A stretch of 63,888 nt of DNA, counting the filler, from Lenisia limosa (taxonomy: Eukaryota; Protista; Breviatea): assembly GCA_001655205.1 (NCBI GenBank). It is 13 parts of 13 records of this genome, joined end to end, with 100 filler letters (N's around TTAATTAATTAA, not from the genome) between each part and the next. Parts side by side here need not be neighbours in the genome. Positions count along the whole stretch, not along the records: positions 42,028 to 49,918 come from LPNZ01008800.1; positions 50,019 to 52,210 come from LPNZ01005631.1; positions 52,311 to 57,036 come from LPNZ01007393.1; positions 57,137 to 62,136 come from LPNZ01010970.1; 9 more parts are not named here. One strand, given 5' to 3'. Positions 48,601 to 59,886 of this stretch are shown one piece after another (positions within the stretch are counted from its first letter, which is position 1; every line of letters begins with the position of its first letter). The notes beneath the pieces are model-generated. The model had not been told where the DNA came from. It made no database searches and was given only the letters and a program-made list of their open reading frames with translations. The position numbers were made by a program, and so were the translations under genes.

Positions 48601-49858
48601 TGTTTCGACTTTCTCTATTTGCCATATTTACCTGCTTATTTTTCACCTGTTCGTTTTTCTCATCCTTTGTAGTCGTGAGAACACTGTTATTCGTGCCCAG
48701 CTGAATCCTCACCAAGTGGGGGGGCTCTTGATGCCAAGTGCTACTTTCTTGTTCTTCAATTTTGAAAAATCTCACCTTTGTTTTTCATAAAACGTAAATG
48801 ATATAATATAATAATACTAATATTTTAAATATTAGTAGCTCTAAATAAGTAAATATGTGTTTCTTTAATAAATGTGTTTTTCTTTTTTTTCGAAAGTTGT
48901 AAAAAGTGTTTGGAGTCCCAAAATGAGTAACTAAACCTAGTTTTGTAATAAATACACAAGTTGCAAGATGTATACATGTTTAAACCAACTTGGTGATTGC
49001 TTCGGAGAAATTATATTAATACAAGAAAGACAACACACAAGAGTTGTATCCTGAAACGGACTATTTAGATTGCTCCTCTGCGTCCTCTTCCACGACCACT
49101 AAGTTGTTTTTCTAGGGATGAACACAAATATAAAGTCGCTCACTAGCTTAAAAATGACTTTAAACCGGTTTTTGAGCTTTTTTTTTTTGAAAAAAAAAAC
49201 ACATATTTATGAACGGTATATGATATAGCTATATAGCCTTTTCACTTCCACAGGCGTCCGTGATACCTAATGCGGTGGATTGCTCCAAGTTCATTCCTGA
49301 CACTACTCACCGTCCCGATGATAAAAGTGAGTATGGCCTATCTTTATGATGATAAAAGTGAGGATGGCCTATCTTTATGATGATAAAAGTGAGTATGGCC
49401 TATCTTTATGATGATAAAAGTGTGTCTAATTGTTATGACGATGAATCAATTCAACAATAAATCACTATGTTTGACAACAAAACACACAAGCTTCTAGCTT
49501 TGTTTGACTTGAAAACTCACGCTTTTAGTTGTATTTGTTTCAGTGTGTCGCTTCACTTATCGAAAGGGGGTGGACCTCTTGGTTGAGGTTGTGCCCGAAA
49601 TTTGCCGAAGAGTTCCTAATGCCTACTTTATTATTGGTGTGCGGGTGTTCTATCCCTCATTTGATCTCAACTATTTGATACTTTGTGTTATCTCAGGGAC
49701 CCTTTTACTCAATGTCATCTCTTTTTGTTTCATAAATTGTCCGATTTTACGCGCCCCCTGCAGGTGGCGACGGTCCTAAGCGGGTGATTCTCGAGGAGAT
49801 GCGGGAGAAGCACCGCCTCCATGACCGAGTGGAGCTGACTGGCAACATCCCGCACCAT
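45630..49858 (+). CDS. PIGA: Phosphatidylinositol N-acetylglucosaminyltransferase subunit A (3' truncated)
   Basis: HNILM|[82 protein letters not shown]. Colinear with PIG-A/Gpi3. Confidence 0.95.
46051..46170 (+). mobile_element. Dispersed intron-3'-end repeat (type D), PIGA intron 1
   Basis: CAGAAGCGACT..TGTCAGCCAACAGAGTTGAT..TTTCATAAATTTTCCAATTTA ending at the acceptor AG 46169-46170. Related copies at about 5565, 47323, 49720, 53468, 55134, 58905, 59195, 60180, 61785, 61998 and 62545. Confidence 0.75.
46611..46698 (+). mobile_element. Dispersed intron-3'-end repeat (type E), PIGA intron 2; sister copy at 37480-37564 (-) in TUBGCP3
   Basis: 64/70 nt identical by manual alignment; in both genes it runs into a C-rich tract and the acceptor AG. 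Confidence 0.8.
47590..47660. repeat. Dispersed ~75-bp repeat family B
   Basis: Consensus ATGAGAAATAAAAAAGGTTGTATCTGGCCGAAGCCGTCCACACCATCACGCTTATAAGAGATATT. Copies near 7180(-), 19860, 33445, 35155, 36120, 43645, 45075, 46290(-), 52311, 53765, 54190, 58628, 59555 and 63150. Confidence 0.8.
49317..49422 (+). repeat. 31-bp x3.4 tandem repeat spanning a PIGA exon end and donor
   Basis: Unit GATGATAAAA|GTGAGTATGGCCTATCTTTAT. Confidence 0.9.
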
Positions 49859-50155
49859 GTTGGGGGGGTTTGACATGGAATATCCTGTACGGTATGGATT
49901 TGTGTGGGGGGGGGGGGTNNNNNNNNNNNNNNNNNNNNNNNNNNNNNNNNNNNNNNNNNNNNTTAATTAATTAANNNNNNNNNNNNNNNNNNNNNNNNNN
50001 NNNNNNNNNNNNNNNNNNGGCGTAGGATATCATAGGGTGGAGGGGTATGGGTGTGTGCAAAGAGATATGGCGATAGAGGGGGCGGGTACGCATTACAATA
50101 TTTAGAACAGCACTTACCATATTTGGAACAGCACTTACCGTATTTAGAACACCAG

Positions 50156-52161
50156 CGCTACGTTGGTTTCTGTGACGGGTTGCTCTTCGCTGCCGATCCG
50201 ATTACTTATACCAGTAGGGAGGACTGTGATATGTTGTTTGGGAGTAGTCTGGGGAGGGGATTAGCTACAAATAGGGCTTCACTTCGTTCGATTATCGACT
50301 GAATTTCTCGATTAATTGAAAACTGTCAATATTTTACAGGTCTTTTTGGAACAGAAGTGAAGACCCTTCAGTTTCCCTGCATTCCTATTAGAAAATAATG
50401 GAGTTGGTGTTTTTTCTCTCTTTTCCAGTTCAGTAGACATTGACCCTTCAGTTTCCCTCATGCGTACGGGGCTCCACAACCACATCACTGCACTGACTTA
50501 CTTTACCCCGTTGAAGTATTGGATCAGTGCCGGCCGGGAAGGCGACAGTGGGGGGGGGGGNNNNNNNNNNNNNNNNNNNNNNNNNNNNNNNNNNNNNNNN
50601 NNNNNNNNNNNNNNNNNNNNNNNNNNNNNNNNNNNNNNNNNATCATCATCATCATCATCATCATCGTCATCATCATCATCTTCTTCTTCATCATTATCAT
50701 TATCGTTTTCATCATCATATTCTTCTTCTTCTTTATCATCATCATCAACATCATCATTATCATCGTCATTATCATCATCTTCTTCATCATTATCATTATC
50801 ATTATCATCATCTTCTTCTTCACCATCGTTATCATTATCATCATTATCATCATCATCTCATCATCATCATCATCTTCATCCTCATCATTATCATCATCAT
50901 CATCATCATCATCATCATCTTCATCATCTTCTTCTTCTTCATCATCATCACCCCCAGTTCGGATCATTAATGGCGCCACGTTCACATCGGTGCACTCGTT
51001 CAACAACGCACATGACACCGTGGGGGGGGGGGGACAAATAGTGTATATTTTAGCGTGATGATGGACCTCATCTCTCTACGATAACATAATAATGTGTTGA
51101 AGATTCTTTCACGATTTTAGCACTAATTTACGATTTTAGATGGTCACAGGCCTGGTGGTGATCCCAGACCGTCGGCTTCTTATTTCGGCTTCCCGGGACG
51201 GCACTATCCGAACCTATGATCTGAACCTGCTGGAACCGGTTTTCAAAGATGTCTGTCACGTGGTATGCGAAGGGGGGCTTGCCTTATTTGTAAGGTCACT
51301 GAGAAAGTACTATTTTTGAAGATGGGGGAACTTTTCTTCGTAGATTTTGTGTTTCTGCCTTATTTAGAAGTTTGACTGTCTTTTTGTGTTCCTTGCCTTA
51401 TAGAAGCTTGACTATCTTTTTTTATAAATACATGTACAAGCCTCTCTTTTTTTTCTTGTTGAACTTTTTCATTTCCCCGCTTTCTTACTGTTGAGAAGCC
51501 TTATTCTTCTCACTTAATCTTTAAGTTGAATCTTTTCGTTGTGTCTTTCTTACCATATTGTATAGAAGCTTGTCTATCTTATTGCCTCTTTTTACCTTAT
51601 ATATTGAAGTTGGACTATTTTTTTACCATATATAGAAGCTGGACTATCTCTTTGCCTTCCCGTTTGTCTCGAGGTTGTTTGCAACCGCCAATGAAAAGTC
51701 CCTGCACTTCTATAGGGCAGATACCACCTTCTCGCATTTTATGAGGTGGGGGGTCCTCTGTTTCATCTCTCTATTTCCCTGTACTGATCAGAAAAAATGT
51801 CGGCTACTGCTGAAATGATGTATTGAGGATTGGCGCTCTGCGGGGTGGGGGGCTCTATCATATCATTAGTCCAAACTGGTACTGTATGGTGGCTGGCTCT
51901 ATATAACTAGTGCTTCCTACGGCCCGAAAAAGACCGGTAAACTATTGATAATTTCCGAAGATTTATCGAGAAATTCCGTCTGTTTTGGGACCGCAGGGAA
52001 ACCGTAATCATATCATATGTACGGAGGCGGACTAAATCATAATTTTTGCGCTATATTATAATTATTTTTAGCGTTCACTCCCAAATTACCGGGCTTATTC
52101 GGAGCCCTGCACTTGCTGCTGACGGTTACGATAGAGTAGTCGTTACAGCGGAGGACGGCAG
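50156..52161 (+). CDS. WD40-repeat protein (partial)
   Basis: HNHITALTYFTPLKYWISAGREGD|VRII and VTGLVVIPDRRLLISASRDGTIRTYDL (WD40-type SxSxDGTIRxxD motif), with GT-AG introns. Confidence 0.7.
50642..50950. repeat. Imperfect (ATC/TTC)n microsatellite, intronic
   Basis: Lies between the donor at 50548 and the acceptor at 50957. Confidence 0.92.
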
Positions 52162-52539
52162 GTAAGGCGTAGTTACAGGGGCATTTGATGGGACGTTACC
52201 TCCGGCTTGTNNNNNNNNNNNNNNNNNNNNNNNNNNNNNNNNNNNNNNNNNNNNTTAATTAATTAANNNNNNNNNNNNNNNNNNNNNNNNNNNNNNNNNN
52301 NNNNNNNNNNGTCCATACCATCACGCTTTTAAGAGATATTGGATTATAGTACCTTAGAAAAGTGTACTTTGGAAAAATGTATGTACCTTGGGAAAAATGT
52401 TGATGATTTGTTTCATATTAATTCGTCCAACCATTGCTTAATTAAATCATGCTCAAATTGCGTAAATCACGCTCCATTTATGTTAATCACGTTCAGTTCA
52501 AATGACGTGAATTGTCTAACATCGGAGACAGTTTTCCAA

Positions 52540-55500
52540 AATCAGAGCCTGCTCCAATCCTACTTGTTTGGAGGAAGCAGAAGTGGTATCCACATTGGAC
52601 GTGGTTCACGTTTCCTTGGAGTCCAACTCCGTCATTGCCCTACAAGGTGAAGTATGAATAACTGTACAATTAGGGGAAATATGAAAAAGCAAATAAGCAT
52701 GGGTAAAAATACTACGATTGAATATATATTATTTGAAAAAAACATATATTACATGCAAAATATATGCTCTCACCTTAACTGGAGCGGCGCTGGCGTATAC
52801 GGCACTACTCAGACAGAACTGATTGAAGAGGTTGGAGCCGCGGGAGTAGTATTCTCCATTGTCTGGCATGTAAGTGGGGTATATGGGTTAACTGGTGATG
52901 ATAATATTGAGTACAACGTTATACGCAATCACCAATACCAAAAAAACAGACTTTTTTTTGCAGTAAAGTGACCAAGGATCATAGAGATCCGGCGGTCCCC
53001 CCCCCCTCACCAGTAAGAAGGATAGCACCGGAGTGGGAACTCACATACTCCACCACCGTACCAGACTGAATGAGGTCAGAGTTGAATTGTTTACTGCTGA
53101 GAACAAGAATAGTATAACATGATTTTCAGTAAATGAAGTCAAGGATAGCAGAATAGAAATCACACCGAAAATTTGTACGAATTTTACATATCATATACTA
53201 CTACATGTATGTATGATATACTGTATATGATATACATATAATAGTTATATTGTATATAGGAGGCATTTTCCTATAGCATAATAATACCCCCAAACAAGTG
53301 ACTGTATATCATATCATGTTGTTTGATATAAAATGGTTAAATACACCATAACCCACACCCCCGAACAGGCACGTCGGAATTGATCAGCTGGCCCGGGACG
53401 GAGACAGCTTGGTGGCCCTTGAAAGTTCCGTAATTCGAATATCCGCCGCCGAAGAAGGTCCCATCTTCTGCGGGGGGGGGGGTAAGAATGACATTTATTA
53501 AACAAAAAAGCCCAAAATAAACTCTGATTGCGGACAATACACAGGGAGTGAGTGAGAACAGCACAAACAAACTAAAAAAAGCCCAGTCGCTTCTGGGGGG
53601 ATGATTGTATTCAAGTCCACATCCCCCCACCAAGGGTGACGACAGTGCTATGGCTGCCAGCTTGGATAGCCTTGGCCTTCATGGGAAGGGTCACCTAAAA
53701 TGTTATTATTAAGACATTGACTAGTACACGGATAGGACCATAGTACTATACAATAAACCAAAGCAATGAGAAAAAAATAAGGTAGTATCTGACCAAAGCC
53801 CATAATACATAGCTATGATATGACATCATATGATAGCCATACCCCCCCACCAAGGCGGGTATGGCGAAGTTTGCAGTAGATCCCTGGAGGGTCGCGTAGT
53901 GGGCTGAGTACCCCCAGGTATACACCTGTCCGTAGTCCACTATTAAGTGAGCAGGGAAACACGATTTTTCTTAATGGCATCATACATATAACTTTTTGGG
54001 TCATTCAGAGGTGTGAATTCACACTTTTCACACAGTGATAACATACCTCATATCCATGTGTAATAATTGCAAGCCGCATTGATACTCTCATACACTCGGG
54101 ATGAACCCTCGTGTTTTCTTCGTTCACAATTTCGACTCGAAAATCGGTAATATAATGTAGAATTGGTTTAGAGATATGATTGTTTATAGAGAGAAATAAA
54201 AGGGTATTTGGCCGAAGCCGTACACACCACGCTTACAAGAGATAATAATATTAATTCACCCAATCATTTGGAAATGAAATAGTTTGAGCTTCACTTCGGT
54301 TCGAAAAAAGGCTGAATTTCGGTAAATCCTCGAAAACTATCGATATATTTCTGGACTTTTTCGAACCGAAGTGAAACTCTAGATATAGTATACTACTGGC
54401 AGGTATAATGCATCTTGCCCCCCCCCCTCTTCCCACAAAGAAGCGCATGATGGTAGATGCCTGCTTCAACTTGGGTGATAACGACCCCAGAAAACCCGGT
54501 GTAGGTCTAAAGTTTCAGTTTTAAAGATAGTAGAAGTCAGAAATATTTATAGAGCTTCGTTTCGTTTCGGTTCAAGCACAAGTAAAATATCGATATTTCT
54601 CGATGATTTATCGAAAATTGTCTTTTTGGAACCGAAAGTGAAGCTCAAAATTAAAGCAACCCCACACCTGGACTGTTGTTTGGATATTGGGAGTAGCGTT
54701 CACAATTTGCTTCTGATTGTTGTCTCCCATGCACTTAATGACCGAATCTGCGAAGTGAACAAAATACGAAGTGTGTGAAAACAGTCACAAAATTGAAGCC
54801 ATGAAAATGGAGCAATAAAATAGCAATGGAATAAGAAAATGGAGTAATGATTGAATGTAACAAGTAAATAAGTATCAGAAAAGAGAAGAATAAACAGAAG
54901 AAAAACAGCAAAACACACATCCATCCATACCATAAGTGTACACACAGGTGCCACGGAAAACGGCTGAGATGTACTTGATGTCAGCACCCCAATGAGAAGT
55001 AATATCGGCAACAGAGCCATCAATACGATTTGACGTGTCACCAGGCTGGGGGGGGGGGGNNNNNNNNNNNNNNNNNNNNNNNNNNNNNNNNNNNNNNNNN
55101 NNNNNNNNNNNNNNNNNNNNNNNNNNNNNNNNNGAAAACAGACGAGAGTTGAGAACAACAAAACAAAAAAAGCCCAGGCTAGTCGCTTCTGCAGCACCGC
55201 ATCCCATCATTGGGTAAAATGAAAAAAAAAAAACCCAAAAAGGGGGAGATAAAATGAAAAAAAGAAACCCTAAAAAGAACCCCCCGAACAATTCCAAGAG
55301 AATAGTCTGAACCAGCGCCGCAAGCGTATAAGGTGCGGTCGGCTTCTGAAAACTGGTTATGTTTTATCAATATAACTCTTCAAAGGGCGTTTTTCAATGT
55401 TTACTAATTTCTACTATTTCAGTTAAATAATGTTCAATTCTGTGAATTTATATTTAATTTCTATGAATTGCTAGTTAAGTTCTAGTTCGCATAGCCTACC

Positions 55501-56500
55501 GCAACTGAAGTCGTACGCAAATCCTGAAGCTCCACATGTTGCAATTGGGTTTCCTGGAGGGTGAGGAGGGCTTCCCTACGGTCCGAAAAAGACCATTAAA
55601 AATATTGATATTTATCGAGGATTTATGGAGAGATTCAGTCTTTTTTGGGACCGAAGGGAAGCCCAAGGAGGAGTCAAGATGGAAAGGTTAATTCTAAAAC
55701 CTTCACTACACTGCGGCACATCGACTCGGGATTCCGTTGTATTAGATGGGAATCCATAAATTTGCTCATATTTTCATAAAATTCCGTGAGATTCCATGTG
55801 AAATATGGGAATTCCAACGTTTTCACAAGAACCCCAAGTCGATGCGTAGCGATTTGTATAAGTATTTAATTCGCACTTTTTAGAAAAGAATCTTTCGGAA
55901 TGATGGCTTTGTTCAATTTCCCGCTTCTATGTATGAGAAATAAAATATCAGCATTTCATATGAACAAAAGTATCAACAACAACCTTATATCAATTTCTTA
56001 TAGTATATGTTACAGCAAGCAGAGGATATTGAATTGTTATTGTGGTTAGCAAAAGTCTTATATCAATTTCTTATATGTTACAGCAAGCAGCAAAAATTGA
56101 ATTTTGATATGGGATTTTTTTCACACCTCCACCTGTGACTAGGGTATCAACACAAGACAGTTTGCAGCTGTCTCCATAAGCAGTCGTCCCTAATTGTGTG
56201 ATGATGGAGATGTAGTGTTGAGGAATAGTGTAATGTAACGAGTAGGGCTTCCCAACGGTCCCAAAAAAGACCGAGTATCTCGATAAATCCTCGACAAATA
56301 TCGATATTTTAATGGTCTTTTTCGGACAACAGGGAAGCCCTAGTACTGAGGGTGATGATGATGGTGGTGAAATATGATGCCACAAAAAAATTGGGGAAAT
56401 ATCAGATTTAAAAACCATCATGCTTACCAGCGCTGCAATTTGACTGCACTTCAACCGGGAAAATATTGTCGCAAGTAACTGGACGGTGCAGTGAGTGAAA
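52540..56500 (-). CDS. RCC1/BLIP-II-like repeat protein with a Cys-containing upstream region (partial)
   Basis: TLYACGAGSDYSLG, VIKCMGDNNQKQ, ITQVEAGIYHHALL, GQVYTWGYS, AIQAGSHSTVV, GEYYSRGSNLFNQ, VQCGYHFCF; upstream TCDNIF..NCSA and DSCKLSC. Confidence 0.65.
56243..56342. mobile_element. hAT-type MITE copy, TTCCC/GGGAA subfamily
   Basis: TAGGGCTTCCCAACGGTCC..AGGGAAGCCCTA; flanks GTAACGAG / GTACTGAG. Confidence 0.78.
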
Positions 56501-56626
56501 TAGGGATAGTGACATAAGGATGATGACGAAGATAGGAATGATGATGGTGCCTTCGGAAATACATAAACTTCTTTGGGATTTCTTTATAATTTTAGGAGAA
56601 TTCCAGCTTTTCATAAGTATTTCAAG

Positions 56627-56726
56627 TAGGGCTTCACTTCGGTTCAAAAAAAGACTGAATTTCTCGATAAATTCTCGAAAACTATCGATATATTTCTGGA
56701 CTTTTTCGAACCGAAGTGAAACCCTA
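56627..56726. mobile_element. hAT-type MITE, type copy (100 bp)
   Basis: TIRs TAGGGCTTCACTTCGGTTCAAAAAA / TTTTTCGAACCGAAGTGAAACCCTA; perfect 8-bp TSD ATTTCAAG (56619-56626, 56727-56734). Roughly 25-30 full or partial copies seen by eye in the window. Confidence 0.92.
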
Positions 56727-57151
56727 ATTTCAAGTCAATGCACAGTATGATATTATATTTATAGACAGATTTAATACTCCGTGTAACTATTAACACGGAT
56801 TATTGCACCTTAGATAATAGAGGGTGAGGGTTTCACTTCGGTTCGAAAAGAAACTGAAATTCTCGAAAAATTATCGAAAACTATCGATATTTTACTGGAT
56901 TTTTTCGAACTGAAGTGAAACCCTAAGGGAGGAGCTAAGTGAAAGTGACTTTTGATCAAACGGCGTGTCGGTCAGATACAACCTTGTTTAATTTCTCACC
57001 CCCCCTCTTTAACATCATCATTGTCCAGAGAAAAGANNNNNNNNNNNNNNNNNNNNNNNNNNNNNNNNNNNNNNNNNNNNTTAATTAATTAANNNNNNNN
57101 NNNNNNNNNNNNNNNNNNNNNNNNNNNNNNNNNNNNGCTTTTAATAACATA

Positions 57152-57229
57152 CAGTGACCGGGATAAGTTTTGACCTATTTTCCTTTGAAAATCACACAGT
57201 AAATCGGTGAAGACCTATCCTGGACACTG
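57152..57229. mobile_element. Tc1/mariner-type MITE (78 bp); relatives at 33324, 33365 and 42947
   Basis: TA|CAGTGACCGGGATAAG..CTATCCTGGACACTG|TA: CAGTG/CACTG termini with TA flanks. Confidence 0.75.
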
Positions 57230-57399
57230 TATATCATATCAAAAGAAGCCCTATTGTTGATTTCCTATTGCTTACTTATAGTATTAGGGTTTACTTTGGT
57301 TCAAAAAACAGACTGAATGTCTCGAGAACTCTTCGATAAATATCGATATTTTATCGGTCTTTTTCGAACCGAAGTGAAGCTGTCAGATTTCTCCAAATA

Positions 57400-59814
57400 T
57401 CAGCCCTTGGTCGCGAGGATGGCTTACCGAGTCTCAACAGATTCGGGCATGTTGATGGTTTCGCCACGGATCATTTTGAACTGCATGAGGTGAGCAAGGG
57501 AAAACTATAAGATAATGAAGCATATAATCAACTCTGTTGGCTCATATTTGAGTAACACATGAAGTTCATCGATATTTTATCAGTCTTTTGGAATCCTTGA
57601 GTGAACCTCTCCTATAAACCCACTCACCTGGACCAGCTTCATTACAGCTTTAAATAGTATTTTACGTTAACCCATATCCACTAGTGATATGATCATATGA
57701 CCGACTTTCAAGTCGAAATAATGAACAAAGATAACACGAGGGTTCATCCCGAGTGTATCAGAGTATCATTGGGACTTGTCGGTCAATTATCATACGAGTG
57801 GATATGAGGTACTATATCACTGCGTGGAAAAGGATAGTTTACACGTGTGAAAATGATCCAAAGAGTGATATGATATATTATACCGTAATGTATGGGTTTG
57901 AATCACTTAACCCATACCGGCTTCATTACAGATTTATATAGTATATGTTTATATTTTACAGTAATGTGGATTTGAGTGCATTTCTTTTTCAAAAAAAAAA
58001 CAGTTTAACCCACACAGACCTGAACCAGCTTCATGGCGGCTTTCGCATCTTCTTTGGAGCAGTGCTGACCGTTCTGTTACGGTGAGGGGGATTTTGAAAG
58101 TACAAAAAGTGCGATCCAAAATCGAGAGACAACTGATATTCGAGTGAGCAGAAACACATATCCTTGCCACTAGGCTTCACTTCTGCTCAAAAAAGACCGG
58201 GTAAAATCTCAATAATTTTCAATTTTTTCGCACCGAAGTGAAGCCCAATTTACCACACCCACCTGGATATCTTTGTGAAGGAATTGCCGGGTTAGAGCCT
58301 TCAATGATGGCAAATACTGCGATCCTGGGAGGGGGGGGGGGNNNNNNNNNNNNNNNNNNNNNNNNNNNNNNNNNNNNNNNNNNNNNNNNNNNNNNNNNNN
58401 NNNNNNNNNNNNNNNNNNNNNNNNNNNNNNNNNNNNNNNNNNNNNNNNNNNNNNNNNTCTCATTTCTATGTATGATATAGACGGCACTCTAATTCTAATT
58501 TGATTACCTCGGGGATGATAAAATAGAAGCGATGTGTCAAGTATCCTCTTATGGGTCACCTACAAGGTTGTAAAACAAAAATGGAAAAGTTTTATGGGTA
58601 AATATATATATATATATATGTATAGTATGAGAAACTATTACAAGGTTGGCTGAAGCCGTCCACACCATCACGCTTGAAAATACTATATCATATGTAACTA
58701 AATCCTCCCCTTACTCTTAAAGCATGTAAGTCGAAGTTGACCGAATGCCCAACAAGAAAAGCCTCTTTTGGGCACACTTCAAGGAACTTCTCCCGAGCCT
58801 CTTCAAATGACACAACGTCCGGACCGTTCAAGATTTCTTCGGTAATTCCCGAGTACCTGAGGGGGATGAGGTTAAACAAACATCTTGTAGCACCATTAAC
58901 CCTAGTGATGAGATTAGATGCTTCAAAAGCGACTGGCCTGGGCTTTGTTTGTTTAGTTGTTATCAACCCTTGTGTGTTGTCAGCCAACAGNNNNNNNNNN
59001 TACACCTTCCGTATCTATGAACTGTCACCTGCTTTGGAAGTGGGTGTGATGAGAGAGTGTGATATTGTTATGGTGTTATCACCTGCTTTGGAAATGGGAG
59101 GGGATTGTTAGTCTCATCTATTACGTTACCTTTTCACCTTCATTTCACCCCATTTTTACCCTGCTTTTATTAAATAACATCAACCCATTTTCACCTGGAC
59201 TGTTTTGTTGTTATCAACCCTTGTGTGTTGTCAGCCAACAGAGTTGATTTGGGTTTTTTTTGTTTCATAAATTATCCAATTTTGCCTCCCACCACCAATT
59301 CCATTTTGAATCATAAGGTTAGAAAAAAAGACTGAATTTCTCGATAAATCCTCGAAACCTATCGATAATTTACCGGTCTTTTTCGAACTGAAGTGAAGCC
59401 CTATGAACATTATACCCCCTCTCCCAAGGCCCACTCGGTCACATAGTCTTCCACGGGGTTACGAGTTTTGCAGTAGACGTCAAGAATACATTTGCGGTTG
59501 CTGTCAACTACTGTCACCTTGACGGGTGAGTTTTAGTGGAAATAAATGATAGAAATGAGAATTACAAAACAAGGTTGTACCTGACCAAAGCCCTTCTCAA
59601 CATCACGCTTAAAAGGGATATTGGATTATATTTCACCTAATCATTAGAAAATCTGTGAACACAGCTTTCTGCTTGCGTCCTCAGCCATAATTTAATACAT
59701 ACTGTCACCTCCTTCTATAAAAATGATCCCTCATCCTCTACAACTCCCCCCCTCCGGGCTCCCACTCTGGCAAGTTCTTGGCCAATTGAGGTCTTCACCA
59801 TCTCACAGTCCACA
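57400..59814 (-). CDS. DEDDh RNA exonuclease, REXO1/Rex1-like (partial)
   Basis: VDCEMVKTSIGQELAR|VTVVD..YSGIT..FLVGHSVNFDLHALR|VTHKRILDTSLLF..PSLKALTRQFL..HCSKEDAKAAMKLV, covering Exo I-III motifs. Confidence 0.88.
57671..57896. mobile_element. Dispersed ~225-bp element family C, possibly a piggyBac-type MITE; relatives at ~29040-29490, ~34381 and ~54045(-)
   Basis: TTAA|CCCATA..TATGGG|TT ends; shared internal sequence ATGACCGACTTTCAAGTCGAAATAATGAAC..TCACTGCGTGGA. Confidence 0.6.
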
Positions 59815-59886
59815 CTGAGTCAATTAAAAAAAAAAAAAACCATNNNNNNNNNNTCCATTTTACCCCCTCTCATTTTCACCCTTCAG

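Noticed and set aside
50460-51058. Poly-His, poly-Ile, poly-Ser and poly-Asp ORFs
   Set aside because: Translation of an intronic (ATC)n microsatellite bounded by clear donor and acceptor sites.
56636-56650. tRNA B-box-like GGTTCGAA in the MITE TIR (tRNA or SINE)
   Set aside because: No A-box or cloverleaf; TIRs and 8-bp TSDs indicate a DNA transposon.
59844-59853. Overlapping or nested genes where the exonuclease (-) meets a + strand gene
   Set aside because: The switch coincides with a 10-N scaffold gap, so a mis-join or missing sequence cannot be excluded.
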